NCBI RefSeq assembly: GCF_009834535.1
Contig: NC_045696.1
Location: forward strand, 48,920,001 to 48,984,000
DNA: 64,000 bases
Reading direction: 5' to 3'
Source of the DNA: Camelus ferus
Lineage: Eukaryota
Below are positions 52,141-64,000 of this stretch, piece by piece. A program made the position numbers and the translations under genes. Every line of letters starts with the position of its first letter. Within the stretch, counting starts at the first letter, position 1. The notes beneath the pieces were generated by a model, which worked only from the letters and a program-made list of their open reading frames with translations, was not told the origin of the DNA and did not search any database.

Positions 52141-53429
52141 ATTTTAAAACTCGAAGAGTCACTGGGGAAGGAGGAGTCACTGCAATGCCCACACTAATGC
52201 TACTCATGATTAAATTCTGAGAGGCCTTCCCAAGCTGAAGTCATTTTCAACTTAGGGACGTTGTCTACAAATTTAGTGCCAAAATAAGAGGAGAGACAGG
52301 CAAGAAACACACTGATGGTGAGAGAGCAGACACAAAGGAATATGAAGGCAGGAATCTGCAGTAAGGACTCCATGATTCAAAGCTGAGAAGCCAGACAGGA
52401 GAGAAAAGTAGAGTTTAGATCTAAAGAGGATTTGAGGCTAAAAAAGATAGCATGACCCCCTCCGAGGCAGTTCAAGACTAGATAACTAGAAGTTACAGAG
52501 ACTAGAATTGACTCACTCAGAAGCTGGGTGCCTCCTCTCTGTGAGGTACCTTGAGGGACCACCCTTCCCACTTAGCTCCCCACTCGTGCACAAAGCTCCA
52601 CAGTCATAACTGAAGGTCCTACGTTGGATGTTGTAAAAAAAAAAAAAAAACAAAGGAACCCTTCTTTTAATTATAGCTTCAAATGAGGAAAATACTTTTT
52701 TTCTAAATAAAGTGGCCAAAAGCTTAAATTGAAATGAGAGATTACGGAAAATGAAGGGTAAATGTAACTTTGTCCTAATATCCAGGAATTACCCCAGCAA
52801 AGCCCTAAAGCAGTGTGTGTTTTCAAAAAGCTCTCACTGCCAGCTTGGCTACCGTAAAAACAGGACACTGTCTGTGAAACTGAAAACAAAAACAAGCACC
52901 CTCTAAAAACATATTATAGCCTATTTATTTCAGAATTTTACTTTGCACTGAAGCATTTGGTTAAAATTAATTTGACCTTCCATCTGTGAAATTATTGTTT
53001 TCCATGGGCTTGGTCATACGAGTATTAAATGGTGGTTTTAGTTTCATCACTTTCTTTATTATAGTTTAAGATCAGTGTTTTATTATCTATGTAGAAAGTA
53101 GGACTGAGAACTGTAACTACATTCATCACATTTCTGCAATGAGAAAGCATTTAATGAGCTTCACATGAAATGCTACCGTGAGGAAATGTCACAGTTAAAA
53201 CCGCACAGCTATCTTGAATATGTAAAATCTCCCACCAAAAAACAAAGCCAGGTACACCCTGAGGACTGTCACCGAGCCTGGCACTATCACCACCGTTGTT
53301 CAGCAGCCCCACCTCCCCCTTCTCTTCATGTCCACGCGCTGCTTACAGATATCACTGCATGATCAGTAACACGCAACTCAGTATGCACACTCGGTAGATG
53401 GAGAAGATTATATGAATATGAAAACTCAC

Positions 53430-53800
53430 CCTCTGACAACACTCACAACCTTACAGCCCTGCTGATTTATTATCTGCCTGACACGTTGTACCCTTCAAAC
53501 CCTCAAGCTTAAAAACATTAAATAAAAGTGTTCTGTATTCCACCTTCAAGATCAGATATGAGGAATTTCAAGACCATTGTATGATACACACTGTCTTTCT
53601 CTTCACTTGGCTAGAGAAAAACAAAAGATATAAAACTAATTTAAAGGAAAGAAGCACAAGATAAGTAATACCATTTAAGCGGATTTCAGAGTCTTCTGAC
53701 ACAGACACCACCCCAGTCACTCCACGTGTCGGGCATGTACAGAGCTGAGGAGCTAGCTGGGGCGCTGGCGCTCCGGCACAGCTTCCCCGACTCTGATGTC
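53430..53800 (-). promoter_or_regulatory. Candidate non-CpG-island promoter or 5' exon region
   Basis: Donor CAGAGG|gtgagt at 53430; acceptor tatcttttgtttttctctag at 53611; local CpG enrichment at 53720-53790; E-box CACGTG at 53723; lies in about 2 kb without recognisable repeats. Confidence 0.35.
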
Positions 53801-54994
53801 AACTGCAAAATAGGTCAGACTCTGAGGCACACCAGTCACATGCATATCATCATTATGGGAAATTTATGAGTTATTTACTCAGCAAGCTTGAAAATATCAA
53901 AGAATGAATTTGGCTCTTATTAGCATGAAGCCTTTTAAAATGACACCCAGGAAATTCTTTTCTGCTCTTTTATTTGCAATTCATCTCCTGAGAACCTTTG
54001 TACCACATCTTGAAATTATGGAGCCACCCACAAATTTCCTCCTCTTCTTTTAGACAAATATTGATTTTTGCCTGTCCTTCTATGCCCAAGTATTTTGGGT
54101 GGGATGGAAATGAATGTCACATACCTCTTTCAGGCTGTAAGTGCTTAATAATGAGATGCCCTCGGGTGCTGTGGCACTAGCCGTGGAGTCAGTCACGAAT
54201 TTTGGAAGGCGGGGTCCAGGTGTAGGGAGTAGCTTCATTGTATTTTAAGCTCTTGCTTAAAAATTAAGGCTAAAACATGGTGATGTGGCATTAGGGCTGG
54301 GAATGTTGTTATGCTGCTGAAGAACCAGCCCTTCCCAAGTGCTTTGCCCTCAGATAGTCCTCTGGAGAGTGAGCTGCATTAGAGGGACTCGGCTCCCCTG
54401 CAGGGGTGCTGTGTGAACTCTCCTTTCCGCAGAGGCTCCAGGCACAAGAGCTGGTTAGCTCAGCGTTGGAAGAGCTTCCTCTGAGGCTCCCCATAAAGAG
54501 CCAGTTCTTCCCAGGAACCTGTACCACCTTTCCTCCCAGCTGTGTACAGTCCACAGAGGCTACGGGAAGGGAGGAGGCACATTTCTCTAGAGTTAGCTTA
54601 CAGAACTCAGAGCTAACCCCTTCTGTTGGAGGTGGAGCGTAACAGCAGTGAAAATGACCACCAAGACAAGAAAATATGAAAGTGAGCTGAATAAAAATAT
54701 TCCAGGGCTAAGTAGAAGAAAGAGACTCAAATCTTGCCTGGCAAAGCAATCATTTGGAAAGAGCTGAGATACTGTGGAGACTCAAATAGAGTAAAAAAAG
54801 GAATGAACTCCAGTCTTCCAAGACTGAGGTCAGTTTGAACTTGGACAAATCAGTTAGCTTTTCTGGGTTTCGTAATGTGTTCCTTAATAACATTTGTGAA
54901 GTACTTTAGAGATAACAGGGTATTTCTGTACTCATTTTATCTTGTAATCATCACCGTAATGCCATGGAGTGAGGAGGAGGAGAAGGAAGAGGAG

Positions 54995-55230
54995 GAGGAG
55001 AAACATCATTTAGTTGTTGTTATACATCAGGTTCTGTTCTAAGTGTTTTCCATGTGTTAACTTAACCCTTCACCAGTTCTATAAAGTAACGATCCTTGCT
55101 AAGCCCACTTTATCGAAGAGAAACGGAGGTGAAAGGGGTGGCGTAATACACCTGATGACACAATCAGTAAATTTTTACAGAATCCAAACTGAATCGGCCT
55201 GGTTTCAGAGCTCCAAACCAAATGTATGAT
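54995..55230 (-). mobile_element. MIR
   Basis: tgttctaagtgttttccatgtgttaacttaacccttcaccag...cccactttatcgaagagaaacggagg. Confidence 0.75.
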
Positions 55231-55629
55231 TATTGCTATGTTCATAGGACAATGAAAAAAATATGATGAGGGAGGAGCACTACAGAAAGAACTATGCAGA
55301 GATTAAATCAGGTTTTCTCAGACTCCAAATTGCTTTCTTTCTGTAAGCAAAGCATTGCTGAGAGCTACATGACCTCATGTCAATCTGTGCAGCAAGTGGC
55401 ATCAGAGAACTCATGCACTTCCCAAAAGCACTTCATACTACCCAGGACACTGGGAAAAGTCGCTTCCAAGGTAAGAGGAAAGTGGGCATTATTGTTATTA
55501 CTCTTATCATTCAGTTGAGTAAACCAAGGCTTCCTACTATTCACACAAGTATAATGAATGGACAGCCATAATGTAGTTAGGTCTTGCTGACAGCAAAACA
55601 CTGTATAATGTTCCTCAAACATCTTTTTA

Positions 55630-56057
55630 GCTGAGTGGTATCCAGAATTTCCCTCTTATTATACCCCTTGGAAATTCAATTTGTAGGAGTCATTTAAACT
55701 CTTCTAAAATACTCTCATTCTCTCTTTCCTCTCACACAGTAGGACTGCCTTCTCCACTCCTTAAAGTTAGAGCAGAGCCATGGGACTTCTTCCAGGCAGG
55801 TAAGTGACATGTGTCATTTCTAAGCAGAAGGTTAAGAGTCAGTGAGTGATTGGCCATGTTCTCCTCTTTCTCTATGTTATGGAGACCAGCAAGGCTTTGC
55901 AGGTGGTTCCTAGGACCCTAAGTGAGGAGATACGGAACAGTCTCCCTGCTGACCTGCTTAAGATGTTTAGTCTGAATGAGAAATTATCTTTTCCTGTGTT
56001 AAGTCACCAAGATTTGGAGACTGTTGTTACTACAGTATAATCTCTGACTGATATACA
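55630..56057 (+). mobile_element. MLT1J-like MaLR LTR
   Basis: aagtgacatgtgtcatttct...gaatgagaaattatcttt...ttaagtcaccaagatttggagactgttgttactacagtataa...ctgactgatataca. Confidence 0.75.
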
Positions 56058-56064
56058 GATTTAT

Positions 56065-56835
56065 AATTGTGTTAGAGTTCAACACAAGAACCAGAAACCA
56101 CTCAACATATTATTTTAGTGGAAATACTATTAACAAAGTGAATAAGGTGCTACAAAACCATTGGAAAGCTTGAAGGAGAAGGGTTTAGGCCAAAGGTGCC
56201 AAATTGGCCCTCAGAAAAAATCCATCCCTGGTACCTGTTTTCATAAATAAATTTTTATTGGAATGCAGCCATGCCAATGTATTTATATATTGTCTGTGGC
56301 TATTTTCAAGCTATAGCACAGTTGAGTAAGTGCAACAGAGATTGTATGATCCACAAAGCCTAAAATACTCTCTGTTCTTTATAGAAATTTTCCTATCCCT
56401 TGTTTAGGTTATGCTTTCTGGGATGCATGCTGGAATCTTCCAAAAAGATTCAGAATCTACCAACTTAGGAAGCTACTACCTCTGAGGCCACAGCTGGAGC
56501 TTTGCCAAAAAAAATAAAAAATAAAAAATAATAATAAGGCAATTCTGCCCCCATTCTATCAGCCTGGCAACAGAGAGAAAGTTGAAGAAATTAACACTGG
56601 AAAGCTGATGCATGAAGACCGTCCGTTTGACAGAGATGCAGAAGGCAACACCTGCTTCACTTCTGCCTCCCAAAACTTGTGCAGGTAAACGTAATTGGTG
56701 GAGCCTACTTCTCATTCAGAATTTGAGCTTTTTGGCTGCAGGAAAGTACCAAGCATAGTTTTTAGGTTTCTAACTTCTTTTCTAGAAGAACAATGAAAGG
56801 GGGATTGAATGGCCAATCCAGAGTATTCGGCTTGT
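56065..56835 (-). mobile_element. Ancient LTR (MaLR/ERVL-like) interrupted by MER58A
   Basis: acaagaaccagaaaccactc...ttctgcctcccaaaacttgtgc...aattggtggagccta...ggctgcaggaaag. Confidence 0.5.
56191..56401 (+). mobile_element. MER58A (hAT-Charlie MITE)
   Basis: cctgttttcataaataaatttttattggaatgcagccatgcc...tgcaacagagattgtatgatccacaaagcctaaaata; 8-bp TSD gtttaggc / gtttaggt. Confidence 0.88.
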
Positions 56836-57113
56836 AGGAACTGTTTTCTATTTCTGAGAGTTCGTCCCTTTATGACTGTACATGAACCCTTGCAATACAT
56901 ACTTTCTTATTTAATCTAATTTGAGTGTATTCCTTGTAATCATTAGAAAATAACTTGAAATCAAGTTACAAAAAATATGGGTACTATCTCAACTTTATAA
57001 AAATATACATATACATATGCTTTGCATATTCATTTCCATACCATTTATAGCAGTTGCCAGCCAACAATAAGTGGTTAACAAATGTGTATTACATTGTCAA
57101 AAAACTTCTCAGT

Positions 57114-57249
57114 GTGGGGAAGGGATAGCTCAGTGGTAGAGCGTCTGCCCAGAAAGCACAGGTCCTGGGTTCAATACCCAGTACCTCTGTTTAAAATAAA
57201 CAAACAAACTTAATTACCTCCTTCTCAAAAAAAAATTTTAAAGTTGAAA
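57114..57249 (+). mobile_element. tRNA-derived camelid SINE (Vic-1 type)
   Basis: ggggaagggatagctcagtggtagagcg...ggtcctgggttcaatacccagtacctc; TSD aaaaaacttctca (57099) / aaaaaaattctca (57250). Confidence 0.9.
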
Positions 57250-57369
57250 AAAAAAATTCTCATTCTATCCATTTCCCTCTATATCAAATAAAATTCTCTC
57301 CCTTTGGGTTTCAAGACAGTCGGTCTGGCCCTATTCTATCTAACCATGGGGCTATCAACTCTTAACTAG

Positions 57370-57772
57370 GTTTCCCTGACCTCAGTCAAGTTGGTCTGAC
57401 TGCTTACCTTCTATAAACATACCACATAAGCCCCTAGCTCTGCGTCTTCCCCAATATTTTCTCCTTTTTCCCCTTTCCTTTCCCTCCAGCCCATCTGAAT
57501 TCTTCAGAGCCAATTTTTTGAAGAAACTGTTTGTTTGTTGTCTCAGTTCTACCCTGACACTCATTTCCATAAGTCCGTGGGACAGTAAAATCACCCGTGT
57601 CATTGAATTAGTGGACACTATAGTGGACTGTAGTCCTCATATTACTTGACCTCTCAGCCACATTTGAAGCTGTCACTGTTCCTTCCTTGTGAAATCACTT
57701 GGCCCTACGATTCTTTGACAATACCCTTGCCTGGTGTACTCCTCTCACCTCAACTGGCCAGCTTGTCATCTT
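57370..57772 (+). mobile_element. L2 fragment (continues at about 58185-58300)
   Basis: agtcctcatattacttgacctctcagccacatttga...ccttccttgtgaaa. Confidence 0.65.
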
Positions 57773-58182
57773 CCTGTCTTAGACAGATCAGGCTGCCACA
57801 ACAAAATATCACAGGCTGGCTGGCTTTGACAACAGAAAACAGACGTTCATTTTCTCTCAGTTTTGGAGGCTAGAAGTCCAAGATCAAGTTGCCAGAAAAT
57901 CTTGTTTGTGGTGAGAGCTCTTCTCCTGGCTTGCAGACAGCTGCCTACTTGCTGTGTCTCCACATAGCTTTTCCTCTGTGCATTTTTGGAGAGAGAGCTC
58001 TGGCATCTCTTCCTTTTCTTATAAGGACACCATTCTATTTTATTAGGGTTCCACTATTATGACCTCTTTTAACCTTTATTACCTCTCTGAAGGGCCTACA
58101 GACAAATCCTATCATATTAGGGGTTAGTGCTTCACCATATGAATGGAGGAAGGGAAGACAGGACACAATTCAGTCCATAAAA
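57773..58182 (-). mobile_element. MLT1A/B-like MaLR solo LTR
   Basis: cagttttggaggctagaagtccaagatcaag...tcctggcttgcagacagctgcc...cttataaggacacc...cacaattcagtccataa. Confidence 0.9.
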
Positions 58183-58829
58183 CTGCCACCCAGGTACTGA
58201 CTGTTTCTCAAGCCTTTAACCTAGGCTCTGCCTTCTCTGCATTCCCTTCCTAGGTGACTTTGTCCAAGTCCACAGAATCAATTACCATCCTCACAATGAT
58301 GATTCATTGTGGTTTATGTTCTAGATATGAAGAAGATAATTCTCCCACACTCCTTTTGTTTTCTTCCATATGGAGGATGCCTGTTCCTAAAACATTCCTG
58401 TTCTTCACAAAGGAAGGAGATACTATTTTTCAAATGCTAATTTTGAGAAAAATTAACCAGGAATACTTAGGTCAGCACTTTTTTCTTTCTTTTTAGAAAC
58501 CAGACAAGAACACATGTTCTGTTCTCTCCTCCTGTAAGTTTCCAGGCACGGGGCTCACCCATGTTTGGTGCAGCACTACCCATGATGGGCTGGGTAGGTC
58601 TGTCTATTTGTGGGGTTCACTATTAGTAAAGAGTGCCCACAGTCAGAAGCCATGTTCAGCAATACTAATCTTATCAATAACAAAAACAGTTTAATTCTCC
58701 ATCTTACCCTTAGATTTATCTCTCACTTAAATTTGAAATTGAGTAAGAAAGGTGGCACTCTGTATTGGGCCTGCACACAACAGCTCTCATGGAATTGAGT
58801 TCCATCTTCAGATCCATCTCACACACTTC

Positions 58830-59680
58830 AGAAATTTTTTTTGAACTATGTCCAGATACTATACTATGTACTGAAAATACATATGTATATTCTCAATGAA
58901 TAAGATAGCTAGCTCTTCCTTACTCATCCATTCATTTGATTAATCATTATATACTGAGCATCTGCTCTATATGCTTGATATACATCAACTAAAATGAATG
59001 GGAAAAGATGTATATCCTTGTGGGATTTATTGTATTGGGGGAAGACAAACAATAAATATAACAAATAAGTTCCATGATACATTAGGTGTTAAGTGCAACA
59101 ACAAAAACAACAACAAAAAAGCCAGTAGAGAAGAGTAGATCAGGATAGTTGAGACTGTACTGTGATTTTTAATAGGTTAATCAAGGTTAATTCTCATAGC
59201 GTGGTTGACATTCGAGCAAAAAGTGGAAGGTGATAAGGAGTTAGCCTTGTAAATACCTGGGGAAACTGTATTTAGACAGAACAGCCAGTGCAAAGGCCCT
59301 TGGATGAGAGTGTGTCTAGTGTGCTGTGGGAACTGTAAGAAGGCCTATGTGGCTGGAGAAGAGAGAGCAAAGGGGAGAAACGTAGGAAATACGGGTAGAC
59401 AGAGCCTTGAGGCCAGGGCATGGCATGCTATTGTAAGGACTTTGGTATTTAATGGAATCACTCTGGCTGCTGTGTCAAGAATGCCTCATTGAGAGGAAGG
59501 ATAGAATCTGGGACACCAGTTAGGCGGCTTTTGCTGAGAGAAGAGTGGCTTAGCCCAGTCTGATAGCAGTGGAGGTGGCAAAAAAAAATAATAGATTTGA
59601 GTATAGCTTGAAATTAAGGCCAGCAGGATTCCCTGACCAACTGGGAATGAGGTGTTAAAGAAAGTAAAAAGCTATAGGTG
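58830..59680 (-). mobile_element. L2 3' region
   Basis: acagccagtgcaaaggccct...ctattgtaaggactttgg...atcactctggctgctgtg...gccagcaggattccctga. Confidence 0.85.
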
Positions 59681-59689
59681 AAATCAAAC

Positions 59690-60700
59690 CTGCTTTTGTT
59701 TTTGTTTTTCAATTTTTAATGTTCCATTTTATTTTCTCTTTTGGATTTTTTTTTTTTGCTATACTTCTTTGTATTGTTTTATTTATTTCTTTGGAAACAC
59801 AATATGCATCTTTTTCTTATCATAGTGTATTTAGAATTACTACTGTATCACTTCATATGAAATGTAAGAAACTTTTAACAGAATAAATCCATTTATTCTT
59901 CTCTTCTGCACTGTTGACATCATATATTTTACTTGTATCTACATTATAAATGTCCCAAGAAAATATTTTTATTCTTGCTTTAAACCACCAGTTGTTCATT
60001 AAAGAAACTATAAGAAAAAAAACATAGATAATCATTTATACTTACCCACGTATGTATCATTTCCCAAACACATTATTCCTTCCTGTAGATCTGGATTTCC
60101 ATTTGCTGTTATTTCCCTTCTTCCTAAAGAACTTCCTTGAGCATTTCTTATAGTACAAGTCTGCTGGCAACAAATTCTGCCACTTTTTCTTTTTCAAAAA
60201 AAGGTCTTTATTTCACCCTCATTTGTGAAGGATGTTTTCAGTGACTATAGACTCTGAATTGACATTTTTCTTTCCACCACTTTAAAGGTACTGTTCTTAT
60301 CACTGTTCCTCTGTATGTAGACTTTTTTTCCTCTATTTTTTATGATTTCAAAGGTTTTTGAAACCTTTTGTTTTCAGCAATTTGATTGTGATGTGCATTG
60401 GTGTGGCTTTCTTTTTGAGTGTCCTGCTTGGGGTTTGCTGAGTTTCTTACATCTGTAGGTTAATGTTTTTACCAAATTTGGGGAAAGTTTGGCCATTATT
60501 TCTTTAAATATTTCTCTCTCTCTTTTTCACTCTGCTGCCCCTCCTGGGACTCCAATTTTATGTATATTATACTTCCTGATACTCAATGGGAATAGTGTTT
60601 AATAGATCACTGAGAATCCATTTATTTTTGTTGTGGTTGACAAGGAATGTTTTCTCCTCTCTCTTTTACTGCATCATTTTATATTATGATTTCCTATAGG
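59690..60700 (-). mobile_element. Old L1M ORF1 and inter-ORF fragment
   Basis: cctaaagaacttccttgagcatttcttatagtacaagtctgctggcaacaaattct; homologous to 45530-45960. Confidence 0.85.
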
Positions 60701-62484
60701 TTCTCATTAAAAATTTTCCACATATACATTATGTTTAACAATCTAACCCAATAAGTCAAACATTCCCTAGTTTCCATGGTAGTATGGAGGGAAGACTTCT
60801 AAGAAAAGTACCTAGAAAATTTTATAGCTGCTTTTGGAAGAAGATAATTATTTCTCTCTGCCAACAATGAACTAAATTAAAGTCTAGTGTGAGAATTTTG
60901 GCAGATATTTGAAGCCTTGTTGCCATGGATTTGGAGGATGCTTCATATAGCAAATTGAAAGACATTTCTGTATTGGCTCTTCTGTCCAGAGTGTGGCTCA
61001 ATTAGTTACACAACCGTATTCAATGATATTCTACTTATTTTGCCAGGACTTGAAGTAAGTAGTCATTAATTTGTAATCTATTATTATAGTTACAAAAATC
61101 TCAAAATATTTTCAGTGGGCACATTCTGATAAATAAAACAATTAACATTCATTAAAAAGAAAAATGTTTACTTCCTACCATCAAGCACCTCCTTTCATTC
61201 TACCAAACTGCTTTTTGTGAAAGGAGTTTTTGTTGCTAGTTGTTGTTGTAGTGATCCAGGCTTGCTGACTAATTCTCTTTTCTGTTTCTCACTTGACTCT
61301 CAATCACAGGGCCCAAATAAGGTGCTTAAAAACAAGACCATCGCCCCAGCGTTTCTGATGCATTACTGAGTCACTACGCGATCTAAATCAGGAGAGGGCT
61401 TCCCTGAACAGTATTTATCAACAAGGCTCTGAAGATGTCATCTTGGATTTTACCTGATTTAAGCAAAGTGTTGATTTGTTGCTGAAATCACAAGAGAGGA
61501 TTATAGAGATGAGGACATCCAGAGGTTAGGAATGAGAGCGGAAATCTTCTCTGAAGTGACTGTGGGAATCAGGCTGTTAATTCATTGTTGAATGATTACT
61601 GTAAATCCAAAGTATGTGAGTTGGGAATGGGGGGAGGAGGTAGGAGAGAGCTACTGAATTACATATTCCACTAAGGGAATTTAAAAAGGCACAGAAAGCA
61701 CGATTCTTGGCCTTAAAATTCTCAGTTTCAATTAAAAGAGACAAGACACATGCAAATACACACAAGAAAAAGAGACAAAGAAAGGTATGTACAAAATCAA
61801 GAATAAAAAATATTTCAACTGGAAAAAATAGATTAAAATTATAGAAGAATTTGTTTTTAGTATTAGAACTATAACTGGTGTTTTTAGCCTCTCTTCCAAA
61901 TTACAAGTAATGTCTTTTATGGCAGAGATAATATATTTATCAAGATTAAAAGAATTTATGAACTAATATATTAATAAGCATAAATTTGCATAATAGAAAC
62001 CAATTAAGAAGTATGCATTACACCTCTACTATGTGCCTAGTGTGTGCTGGACACTGAGTACTGCTGAGGAGCAGAAGAGACAATCTCTGTACTCCGAGCT
62101 TACAGTCTCATGGAGGATATAAAGCTAGGAATATAGCAATAAAGCATCCTGTGTGGCACACTGTAAGTTGTAGGGATAGAAGTTTCATTCATTGATTAAT
62201 ATTCTCACTAAATATTACATTATTTATTACATACCTTTTATTGCTATAAAATAGTTGCAAAAGAATTGATCCTGGTATTCATGGAACTTTTGGTCTGATA
62301 GGTATAAACTGATATTGACTGATTAACCATAATAGGTGAACAGAAGCTCCACTTCCTCCCTTGATTTGAGTATAAAGTCTTCCCTTAGTTGTTTTTTCTA
62401 CCTCACTGATCACTCATTTTTAATATCTTTTCTTAATCCATGAGCCTCTTTTCTTTAAAAAAAAAAAAATCTATGCTTGGTTCC

Positions 62485-62953
62485 TAACATGAGTTGAATT
62501 GTGTCCCTCCAAAATTCATGTTGAAGTCCCAGTCCCCAGGACCTCAGAATGTGACCTTTATATGGTAATAGGGTTGTTGTGAATGTAGTTAGTTAAGATG
62601 AGGTCATACTGGAATAGGGTGGGCTCCTAATCCAATATGACTGATAGCCTTATGAGAAGGAAAAACTTGGACATAAACACACACACAGGGAGAACGTCAT
62701 GTGAACATGAAGGCGGGATCGGGGTGATGAATGGATCTACAAGCCAAGGAACACCAAAAACTGCCAGCAAACACTAGAAGCTAGGAGAGGGGCGTGGAAT
62801 AGATTCTCTGTTTTACAACATTGGAAGGAACCAACCCTGCTGACACCATGACCTTGGGCTTCCAGCCTCTAGAACTGTGAGACAATAAACTTGTGTTGAT
62901 TAAGCCACCTAGTCTGTGGCATTTTCTTATGGCAGCCCTAGCAAATTAAGTCA
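62485..62953 (+). mobile_element. MLT1B-like MaLR solo LTR nested in L2
   Basis: gttgaattgtgtccctccaaaattcatgttgaagtcc...cctcagaatgtgacc...ttccagcctctagaactgtgagacaataaac...ggcagccctagcaaa. Confidence 0.92.
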
Positions 62954-63235
62954 GTCTCTAAGTAATCCCATTTGTCTCATAGCTTTAAATACCATCTCTA
63001 TGCCACCACCTTCTAAATTTACATCTCAGTCCCAGAACTTCCATCCTCCAGACTCACAGATATAAGTCTACTGGCATTTCTACTTGGAGGTCTTACAAAC
63101 ACATCTCAAATTCAACATGCCCAAAACTGAACTTTTGATCTTCTCCTACAAAACATGTTCACCCACAGCATTCCCTGTCTTATTTGATGGCAGTTTCATC
63201 CTCTTGGTTTTCAGGACAAAAACCTTGATGTCATT

Positions 63236-63600
63236 TCCTATGGACTGAATTGTTTCTCCTAAAAATTTATATGTTGAAGCCCTAACCCCCAGCATGATTG
63301 TATTTGGAGATGGGGCCTTTGGGAAGTAATTAGAGTTAGATGAGGTCATGAGAAAGGGTCCTCATGGTGGGATTAATGCCCTCTTAAGAAGAGACACCAG
63401 AAAGATGGCTTACTCTCTCACCACATGAGAATACAGCAAGAAGGCAGCTGTCTGCAAGCCAGGAAGAGATTCTCACCAGAATCCAACCATGCTGGCACCC
63501 TGTTCACAAACTTTCAGACTCCAGAACTGTGAGAAAGTAAATTTCTCTGTTTAAACCATGCAGTCTATGGTATTTTGTTACGGCATCCTGAGCTAAGATA
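63236..63600 (+). mobile_element. MLT1A0-like MaLR solo LTR nested in L2
   Basis: ctatggactgaattg...gaagccctaaccccca...ttagatgaggtcatgag...ctccagaactgtgagaaa...cctgagctaagata. Confidence 0.92.
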
Positions 63601-64000
63601 TCACCCTTGACACCTATCTCTCATATCTCAAATTCAGTCTTCCAAAAAGTCTTGCTGGCTCCACCTTTGAAACAGATTCAAAATATACTCTGTTCACTGC
63701 TTCCACTGCTGTCACCCTGATCTGAGCTACCGCCTCTCTCCCCTGGATTCCTGCAATAGCCCTCTAACTGATCTCCCTGTTTTTGCCCTTAAGCCCCTCA
63801 TTCCACTCAACACAGCAGCCAGAATGAACCTTTTAAAATGTAATTCACGTGGTATTGAACCTCTGCTCAGGACCTGCAATGGCTCTGATTTTCTTCAGTG
63901 GAAATGTCAAAGGTGTGCAATGGCCTAAGCCAGGTGCTCTGACGCCAGACTCTTCTACTCTGGCATATTCTCCTCTACCACACTGACTGGACAACAGATA

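Larger units (their letters stand above)
62345..64000 (+). mobile_element. L2 split by two MLT1 LTRs
   Basis: catagctttaaataccatc...acatctcaaattcaacatgcccaaaactgaac...cacagcagccagaatgaaccttttaaaatg. Confidence 0.85.

Noticed and set aside
53611..53671. Intron between donor AATG|gtatta and the acceptor at 53611
   Set aside because: Only 61 nt, shorter than typical mammalian introns, with a weak donor
53690..53800. CpG island
   Set aside because: CpG enrichment covers only about 100 bp and is too short and sparse
55322..55470. Plus-strand exon with an open frame and AAG|gtaaga donor
   Set aside because: Short pyrimidine tract, no recognisable peptide, and sandwiched between repeats
57114..57190. 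tRNA genes (also at 11038 and 31453)
   Set aside because: The tRNA-like heads are followed by SINE bodies and A tails, two have TSDs, and the stems are degenerate
1..64000. Short ORFs in the six-frame track as genes
   Set aside because: All are 151 aa or less, many start at non-ATG codons, and those with recognisable motifs are L1 or L2 relics; none resembles a cellular protein I recognise
1..64000. Known microRNA or snoRNA genes
   Set aside because: No mature sequence or box-plus-stem structure was recognised by eye; an Rfam or miRBase scan is needed to exclude them

Overview
Mammalian genomic DNA that is AT-rich, CpG-depleted and made largely of interspersed repeats. It is very probably camelid (alpaca, llama or camel), judged from three tRNA-derived Vic-1-type SINEs and young L1 3' ends. 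I recognise no protein-coding exon, RNA gene, CpG island or CRISPR array. The ORF track is chance ORFs plus decayed L1 and L2 relics. The window looks like a large intron or intergenic region with layered transposons: old L2 and MIR, MaLR/ERVL solo LTRs, hAT and Tc1/mariner MITEs, old L1M, and young lineage-specific L1 and SINE insertions with target-site duplications (TSDs). Repeat-poor islands carry candidate non-coding exons and enhancer-like motif clusters. The most unusual item is a ~364-bp TSD-flanked retroelement at 2458-2821, in which an L1-like 5' head is joined directly to an L1 3' tail, apparently at a splice junction. Repeat family names come from recalled consensus similarity rather than a database search, and boundaries of old repeats are approximate.
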